DNA of 53,714 bases from an uncultured Bifidobacteriaceae bacterium. Lineage in GTDB: Bacteria; Acidobacteriota; Vicinamibacteria; Vicinamibacterales; UBA2999. The stretch is taken from contig CAZNOC010000003.1 in assembly GCA_964574545.1 (NCBI GenBank), positions 1-53,714 on the forward strand, written 5' to 3'. The translations under genes were made by a program, and so were the position numbers. The notes below the pieces were generated by a model. It did no database searches, was not told the origin of the DNA, and saw nothing but the letters and a program-made list of their open reading frames with translations. This document shows, in pieces, positions 48,158 to 53,714 of this stretch. Every line of letters starts with the position of its first letter. Position 1 is the stretch's first letter.

Positions 48158-49972
48158 CTACACGTCAAGCCCCACCGACCGCATGAGGGCGATGGCGTTG
48201 CTGCTCTTCACCACCCCGGGGCGCAGCCGGTAGTCGAAGTGGAGGACACCCTCCTCGAATCGGTCCTCGAGGTGGACGTTGCACGCGCGCGGCGCGAGCT
48301 CGTCGGCAACCGCGGCCAGGGCCAGGTCGTGCGTCGTTGCCAGGCCAATCGCGCCCAGCTCGACGAGGCCGCGCAGAATCGCCGCCGCGCCATGCCGCCG
48401 ATCGTGCGAGTTGGTGCCCGAGAGCAACTCGTCGATCAGAAACAACATCGCGGGCCCATCGTCCGGGCGCCGTGCCAGCGCCACGATCTGCTGCAGCCGC
48501 GTGATCTCCGCGAAGAACCGCGATCGGCCCGCCTGCAGCGAATCCTGAATGCGCAGCGTGCCGCCCACCGCCAGCGGCGTCATCTCCAGCGCTTGCGCCC
48601 GCACCGGGGCGCCGGCCTGAGCGAGCACGGCGTTGATGCCGGCGGCGCGCAGCAGTGTGCTTTTGCCCGCCATGTTCGACCCGCTCACGAGCCAGAGCTG
48701 CGGATGTGCGCCACCCAGGCGCACGTCGTTCGGCACCGCGTCGGCAACGGGCAACAGGGGATGCGCCAGCGCCGTCGCGTTGAATCGGGCCGCGCCGCTC
48801 GAGAAGGTGGGAAACGGATCGGCGGGATGCTCGTATCTGTAGCCGGAGAGTGCGACGAGGGCTTCGAACTCGCCTGCCACGTCGAGCCAGCCCGGCACTG
48901 CCGGCCCCACCCGCCTGCGCCAGCGGTCCACGGCAAACGCCGCCTGCGTCCCGACCAGCCATAAGGCCGCCAGCGGTGCGAAGATCTGGTTGCGCCGTGA
49001 CGTGAGGATATCCACGATCCGCGCCAGCCGGGCGATCTCCTCCGAGGGGGCGTGGCCGCTGGCGACGAGCGCAGCCGCGAGCGCCTTGAGTCGCGGGCTC
49101 TCCGCCGGTTCGCGCTCGATGCGCTCCAGCAGCGTGGCCAGAAGCGTCAGGTCGCGCCCGTGCCGCTCGACCTCGAGCGCGAGCGCCACTGACCTGCGGC
49201 GAAACGCCAGGGCGACCAGCGCCTGAACGACCAGTACTGGGAGCAGCGCCGGCGATGGCGTGCCCGTCGCGAGCCACGCAACGATGAGCCCCGTGGAAGC
49301 GACGGCGAAGATCGGGAGGACAATGCGCGGCCACGACGCGGTCAGGTGGGATGGCGCCGTGGCCCAGGCCCGCAGGGCCGCCGCGTCCACGCCCACGCGC
49401 ACGTGCGGCCCCAGCGTGGCAAGGTCCTCGCGGAGATCGAGGCGAGGGGCGAGTTCTTCCACGGCGGCCTGCCGCAAGAGCACCTGGTCGATCGGCGACG
49501 GCGCCAGAAGCCAGCCCGCCAGGACCTCCTCGCCCGCACGCGTGCGCGGGCCCGACAGCAGCTCGAACAGCCCGCCCCGGCCGAACAGGTCGAGGTCGTC
49601 CGCGTACGGATGGTCCTCGCGGCGGAAACGCTCCCCGGTTTCGCCCGTGCCGGCCCACCGATCTCCGAGCCGGGCGAGGCCGCGCTCGTACACCTCGACG
49701 GCCCGCTCCGCCCGCTCACGCGCCGTCAGGATCTGGCCATGCCGCCATGCCAGCAGGGCAAACAGCGCGATCGGCACCACCAACCAGGCCCCATCCACTT
49801 GCGGGACGCGGAAGACGAGCAGGCCCAGGGCCGCCGTCGCCACGAACAGCCCGAGGCGCAGGTTGCTGAGCGCCAGGTGGCGCCGGTCGAGTGCCGCGGC
49901 CGAGGCGCGCCGCGCGTCGAGCCGGGACCGGTACTCGGCGGTTACGGCCGCACCTTGCCGTCGGCCGTCCAC
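48158..49972 (-). CDS. Membrane-anchored MutS-related ATPase (domain V, no mismatch-recognition domain)
   Basis: N-terminal TMs, DLDLFG, GSNMAGKST, SRFFAE, DE..SGTNS, TTHDL, FDYRL..G. Confidence 0.9.
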   Translation of the reverse strand: MDGRRQGAAVTAEYRSRLDARRASAAALDRRHLALSNLRLGLFVATAALGLLVFRVPQVDGAWLVVPIALFALLAWRHGQILTARERAERAVEVYERGLARLGDRWAGTGETGERFRREDHPYADDLDLFGRGGLFELLSGPRTRAGEEVLAGWLLAPSPIDQVLLRQAAVEELAPRLDLREDLATLGPHVRVGVDAAALRAWATAPSHLTASWPRIVLPIFAVASTGLIVAWLATGTPSPALLPVLVVQALVALAFRRRSVALALEVERHGRDLTLLATLLERIEREPAESPRLKALAAALVASGHAPSEEIARLARIVDILTSRRNQIFAPLAALWLVGTQAAFAVDRWRRRVGPAVPGWLDVAGEFEALVALSGYRYEHPADPFPTFSSGAARFNATALAHPLLPVADAVPNDVRLGGAHPQLWLVSGSNMAGKSTLLRAAGINAVLAQAGAPVRAQALEMTPLAVGGTLRIQDSLQAGRSRFFAEITRLQQIVALARRPDDGPAMLFLIDELLSGTNSHDRRHGAAAILRGLVELGAIGLATTHDLALAAVADELAPRACNVHLEDRFEEGVLHFDYRLRPGVVKSSNAIALMRSVGLDV

Positions 49973-50511
49973 AAGTACAACGTGCGCGGGCTGTCGGAGG
50001 AATCGGTGAAGCTGTCCACCTTCTCCGGTTCCCAGTCGCCCATCCCGAAGGCGTGCGCGACGATGCGCGACCCGGGCTTGAGCTGGCGGGTGAGGATGGG
50101 CCTGAGGCGCAGGTTCGACTGCGACAGGAGGTAGAGCGTGATGACGGTGGCTTCACTCACGTCGGTCGTGAGTGCGTCCTGCAGATGGAAGGTGACGAGG
50201 TGTTCGACGCCGGCGATCTTCGCATTGGCATTGGCCTCCGCGATGCGGACCGGGTCGATGTCCACGCCGACGCCACGAGCGCCGTACTTGCGGGCCGCGG
50301 TGATGGGGATCCGGCCATCGCCACACCCCAGATCGTAGACGACATCGTCCTTCGTGACGCGCGCCAGCGTGAGCATCCGATCAACGACCTCTTGTGGGGT
50401 CGGCACGTACGGCGCGAGGTTCGGCGCGTCGGGCCGGGCCTGCGTCTGGGCCGACAGCCCAAGGCCGAGTGCGACAACGACGACAGCGAGCGAGGTCAGC
50501 ATGGCACGCAT
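49942..50511 (-). CDS. Class I SAM-dependent methyltransferase with signal peptide
   Basis: PYVPTP..VV..ML, YDLGCGDGR, GVDID, LYLL, LKPGSRIV.H.F. Confidence 0.9.
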   Translation of the reverse strand: MRAMLTSLAVVVVALGLGLSAQTQARPDAPNLAPYVPTPQEVVDRMLTLARVTKDDVVYDLGCGDGRIPITAARKYGARGVGVDIDPVRIAEANANAKIAGVEHLVTFHLQDALTTDVSEATVITLYLLSQSNLRLRPILTRQLKPGSRIVAHAFGMGDWEPEKVDSFTDSSDSPRTLYLWTADGKVRP

Positions 50512-50754
50512 GACGAAAGAATAGCAGCCGGAGGGAGCCGCGACCACTGCACAGGGGATGGCCCACGCCGAATCGCGCAGATATTAGTGTGGACGACTAA
50601 GATCCAAAGGAGCCGGACTGGGTGGTTTGGCCAGCGATGCGACGCCGCGGCTCAAGCTCAACCGTGGGTAACTTGGTGGCTCCTCAGCCTTTACCGCATC
50701 CCCGCGCACCGGGCGGGTCGAAGGAAGGATCGGGCGATTTTCGGAGGTTTTTCG

Positions 50755-50783
50755 TTGATTTTGCGAGTTGGGCAGGCTATACT
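50755..50783 (+). promoter_or_regulatory. Sigma-70 promoter of carD
   Basis: TTGATT-N17-TATACT. Confidence 0.7.
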
Positions 50784-50847
50784 GAGGTTCGCCTGTTACA
50801 CGCAATTCAGGTCCTACCCACCACCCATTTTCCGAAACGGGGGCCAA

Positions 50848-51456
50848 GTGTCATTCCAGGTCGGCGACAAGGTCATCTACCCAAATCACGGCCTCGGTGT
50901 CGTTGAGAAAATCGAAGAGAAAACGATTCTCGGCACCACCTGCGGGTTCTTCCATCTTCGCATCATCTCGAACGAGACCACCGTTCTCGTGCCAGTCGTC
51001 AACGTGGACAACGTCGGACTTCGGCGTGCGATCACGGACGATGAGGTCGAGCGGTTGTTTCATCTGCTGGGCGACGGCAAGATCGACAACCATCAGAACT
51101 GGAAGGGCCGGTTCAAGGACAACTCCGACAAGATGCGCAGCGGCTCGATCTACGACATGGCGGATGTGCTGAAGAGCCTGACGTTCCTGTCGAAGTCCAA
51201 GAGCCTGTCGTTCCGTGAAAAGCGCATGCTCGACCGCGCGAAGTCCCTCATCGTGTCGGAGATCTCCGAGGTGATGCAGGTACTGGCGGACGACATCGAG
51301 TCGCGCGTGGATCGCGCGCTCGAGAAGTGCTTCGTCATGAAGGCGCGTGCCGCGCAGCGGGCTCAGGCGCGAGCCAGCGCGAAGGCCACGCCGGCCAAGG
51401 CCACCGCTCCGCGCGTGACGCCGCTGTCGAAGCCGCGCGCCGCGCGGGCCTCCTAG
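50848..51456 (+). CDS. carD: CarD-family transcriptional regulator
   Basis: FQVGDKVIYPNHGLG, VPV..VGLR, conserved W in NWKGR, LS..EKRML. Confidence 0.93.
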   Translation: MSFQVGDKVIYPNHGLGVVEKIEEKTILGTTCGFFHLRIISNETTVLVPVVNVDNVGLRRAITDDEVERLFHLLGDGKIDNHQNWKGRFKDNSDKMRSGSIYDMADVLKSLTFLSKSKSLSFREKRMLDRAKSLIVSEISEVMQVLADDIESRVDRALEKCFVMKARAAQRAQARASAKATPAKATAPRVTPLSKPRAARAS

Positions 51457-51494
51457 TCCCGCGCCGCCTCGCGGCGGCCAGCAGTGGTTCTCGG

Positions 51495-51528
51495 GAGCCT
51501 GGGGTCATCCCAGGCTCTTTCTTTTTTT
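51495..51528 (+). terminator. Rho-independent terminator after carD
   Basis: GAGCCTGGG-gtcat-CCCAGGCTC followed by TTTCTTTTTTT. Confidence 0.9.
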
Positions 51529-51549
51529 GGGGGTAGACTACGCCCCACC

Positions 51550-52275
51550 GTGTCGACGCTCGTTGCCGCCCTCCGGTCGCTGGCCACCTACCTGGCCGTC
51601 GTCACCTACATCCTCGTCGTCGGCCCACTCGCGTTGCTCATCGTCGTGCCGCTCCGGCTGAAGGGGTTTCTGTACGAAATCGGCCATGGCGGAGCGGTTC
51701 TGGCACTCGGGCTGGCGGGCATCCGCTACGAGGTGACCGGACGCGAACACGTGCCATCAGACCGCGCGGTCGTGTTCTGCTCGAACCATCAGAGCAACGT
51801 GGATCCGCCGGTGTTGTTCCGGGCACTCCACCGCCGGTTGCACATCCTCTACAAAGCGGGCCTCCGCCGGATTCCAATCATGGGGACCGCGATGGACGTT
51901 GGCGGGTTCGTGCCCGTGGACCGACAAGACCGCGAGCAGGCCATCCGGTCGATCGAGCAGGCCGCCCGGTCGATCCGCGAGGGCAACTCGTTCCTCATCT
52001 TTCCAGAGGGCACGCGCAGTCGCACCGACACGCTGCTGCCATTCAAGAAGGGCGGCTTCCTCATGGCCATCCAGGCGCAGGCGCCGATCGTGCCGGTGGC
52101 GATCAGCGGCGGGCGGAACGCGATGCGCAAGGGGAGCGCGCTCGTACGCCCTGCGCGGGTGCGCGTGCGCATCGGCGAACCGGTGTCGACTGAAGGGCTC
52201 ACGGTCGATGACCGTGACCGCCTGATTGCGACGGTGCGGGAACGCATCGAGACGTTGCTTCGTCAATCGCCCTGA
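51550..52275 (+). CDS. plsC: 1-acyl-sn-glycerol-3-phosphate acyltransferase
   Basis: NHQSxxD, VDR, FPEGTRS, PIVPV. Confidence 0.92.
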   Translation: MSTLVAALRSLATYLAVVTYILVVGPLALLIVVPLRLKGFLYEIGHGGAVLALGLAGIRYEVTGREHVPSDRAVVFCSNHQSNVDPPVLFRALHRRLHILYKAGLRRIPIMGTAMDVGGFVPVDRQDREQAIRSIEQAARSIREGNSFLIFPEGTRSRTDTLLPFKKGGFLMAIQAQAPIVPVAISGGRNAMRKGSALVRPARVRVRIGEPVSTEGLTVDDRDRLIATVRERIETLLRQSP

Positions 52276-52329
52276 GCCCTGATGCCTATGCTGTCCACCA
52301 CCTGTCATCGGTTTTTTGGAGGCTGAACG

Positions 52330-52950
52330 ATGGAATCCCTGATCCTGCTCGGCCGGACCCTGGGCTTCTCGCTGGCCGCCGGGGTGAACTTGTACGCCAC
52401 GGTCGCGGTGCTTGGACTGGCCGCGCGCTATCAGTGGGTCGCGCTGCCGGAGCAGTTCCAGGCGTTCAACCACGACTGGGTCATCGGGATCGCGCTTGCG
52501 TTGTACGTCGTCGAGTTCTTCGCCGACAAGATTCCGTGGGTCGACACCGCATGGGACACAGTCCACACCTTCATCCGGCCGCTGGGCGGGGCGCTTATTG
52601 CGATCACGACGATCGGTGATGCGTCGCCGCTCCTTCAGGGGCTGGTGGGGCTGGCCGGCGGTACCGTGGCGGCCGGCAGCCACCTGAGCAAGGCTGGCAC
52701 GCGCGCGGTCGTCAACACGAGTCCGGAACCGGTGTCGAACTGGACGCTCAGCGTTCTCGGGGATGTGTTCGTGGTCGGCCTCGGACTAGTCGCCATCACG
52801 TACCCACTGCTGGCGCTTGCCATCGTGGCGGTCGTGCTCATCGCAATCGCCCTGCTGTTCAGATGGCTGCTGAAGGCCCTGCGCCGCTCGAGGGCGCCCA
52901 GGCTGGAGCAGATGTCCATTCCACACAAGCGGACCGACCGCACCACCTGA
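52330..52950 (+). CDS. DUF4126 membrane protein
   Basis: AAGVNLYA, EFFADKIPWVD..WD..HTFIRP, SPEPVSN. Confidence 0.88.
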   Translation: MESLILLGRTLGFSLAAGVNLYATVAVLGLAARYQWVALPEQFQAFNHDWVIGIALALYVVEFFADKIPWVDTAWDTVHTFIRPLGGALIAITTIGDASPLLQGLVGLAGGTVAAGSHLSKAGTRAVVNTSPEPVSNWTLSVLGDVFVVGLGLVAITYPLLALAIVAVVLIAIALLFRWLLKALRRSRAPRLEQMSIPHKRTDRTT

Positions 52951-53051
52951 ATCGGGCGCGGCTCCGCGGTCGTGGCGAAGACGTCCCGCCGCACTGTCAA
53001 TTGCAGTGGAGTGCTAGACTGAACCTGCCACGCCCGCTGTCAGGACGAAGA

Positions 53052-53714
53052 ATGTCCAGAACCACGCGCCGCCTCATCCTGAGCCTCGTCCTTGTGGGCC
53101 TGGCCGCAGGCCTCGCCGCGCAGCAGCCCGTCGAGCCCGAGCGCGGCCAGCTACCTCCGTTCCGCGGGGGCGCCAACCTCGTGCGCGTCGATGCCTACAT
53201 CACGGAGAACGGGCGGGCGGTCACCGACTTGACCGCGGACGACTTCGAGATCCTGGAAGACAACGCCCCGCAGTCGGTCGAGCAGTTCGAGTTCATCGAG
53301 CCGCGACCGCACGGCCCCGAGGCCGATCGGATCGAGCCGAACACCGTCCGCGAGGCGGCGGCGATGGCTGCCGATCCACGCGCGAGGTTGTTCGTCCTGT
53401 TCATGGACGTGTGGCATGTGCAACTCGCCGGATCCTATCGAGCCCAGGAGCCGGTGGGCCATCTGCTCGAGCGTCTGATCGGCCAGGACGACATGGTCGG
53501 CGTCATGACGCCCGAGATGTCGGCGCGCAACATCACCTTTGCCCGCCGCACGTCCACCCTGCAGGCAATGATGGCCACCAACTGGTACTGGGGGCAGCGC
53601 GATCAGGTGCCGATGCTGGATCCGCGGGAAGAGGCCTACCAGCAGTGCTACGGCGACGAGGGCCTCGTGGCCGAGATGATCGATCGCCGGCGCGAGAAGA
53701 AGACGCTCGACGCA
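53052..53714 (+). CDS. VWFA-related Acidobacterial domain protein (runs off the window end)
   Basis: Open frame from ATG 53052: signal peptide, FRGGANLVRVDAY, VTDLTADDFEILED..PQ; absent from the ORF track because it has no stop. Confidence 0.85.
   Translation, partial: MSRTTRRLILSLVLVGLAAGLAAQQPVEPERGQLPPFRGGANLVRVDAYITENGRAVTDLTADDFEILEDNAPQSVEQFEFIEPRPHGPEADRIEPNTVREAAAMAADPRARLFVLFMDVWHVQLAGSYRAQEPVGHLLERLIGQDDMVGVMTPEMSARNITFARRTSTLQAMMATNWYWGQRDQVPMLDPREEAYQQCYGDEGLVAEMIDRRREKKTLDA

Noticed and set aside
49891-50847. 521-aa ORF suggesting a CarD fusion
   Set aside because: The N-terminal part is antisense to the methyltransferase plus intergenic DNA; CarD starts at GTG 50848 after its own promoter

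Overview
High-GC bacterial chromosome segment, most likely Acidobacteriota (Vicinamibacteria-like). That call is inferred from an Acidobacterial duplicated orphan permease, a VWFA-related gene and many short tandem intergenic repeats. It holds about 50 mostly housekeeping or accessory genes (yvcK, ligD PE domain, ispG, uup, phoX, guaB-like, carD, plsC, ndh, vapBC, a multicopper oxidase), one tRNA-Leu(CAA) and a map pseudogene. I see no CRISPR array, prophage or transposase. The most striking feature is a radical SAM gene whose apparent TGA stop (6133-6135) reads as selenocysteine in a C-U-A-E-P tail with a SECIS-like hairpin. It is followed by an ATP-grasp ligase, making a candidate uncharacterised metalloid/amino-acid biosynthetic system related to arsinothricin ArsL. 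Other notable points: a GuaB-family enzyme with GMP-reductase-like motifs flanked by G-tract arrays, a laccase with Leu at the axial type-1 Cu position, an M20 peptidase lacking metal ligands, two sigma-54 promoters, and a recurrent leaderless-promoter signature. All family calls come from motif recognition by eye, not database searches.
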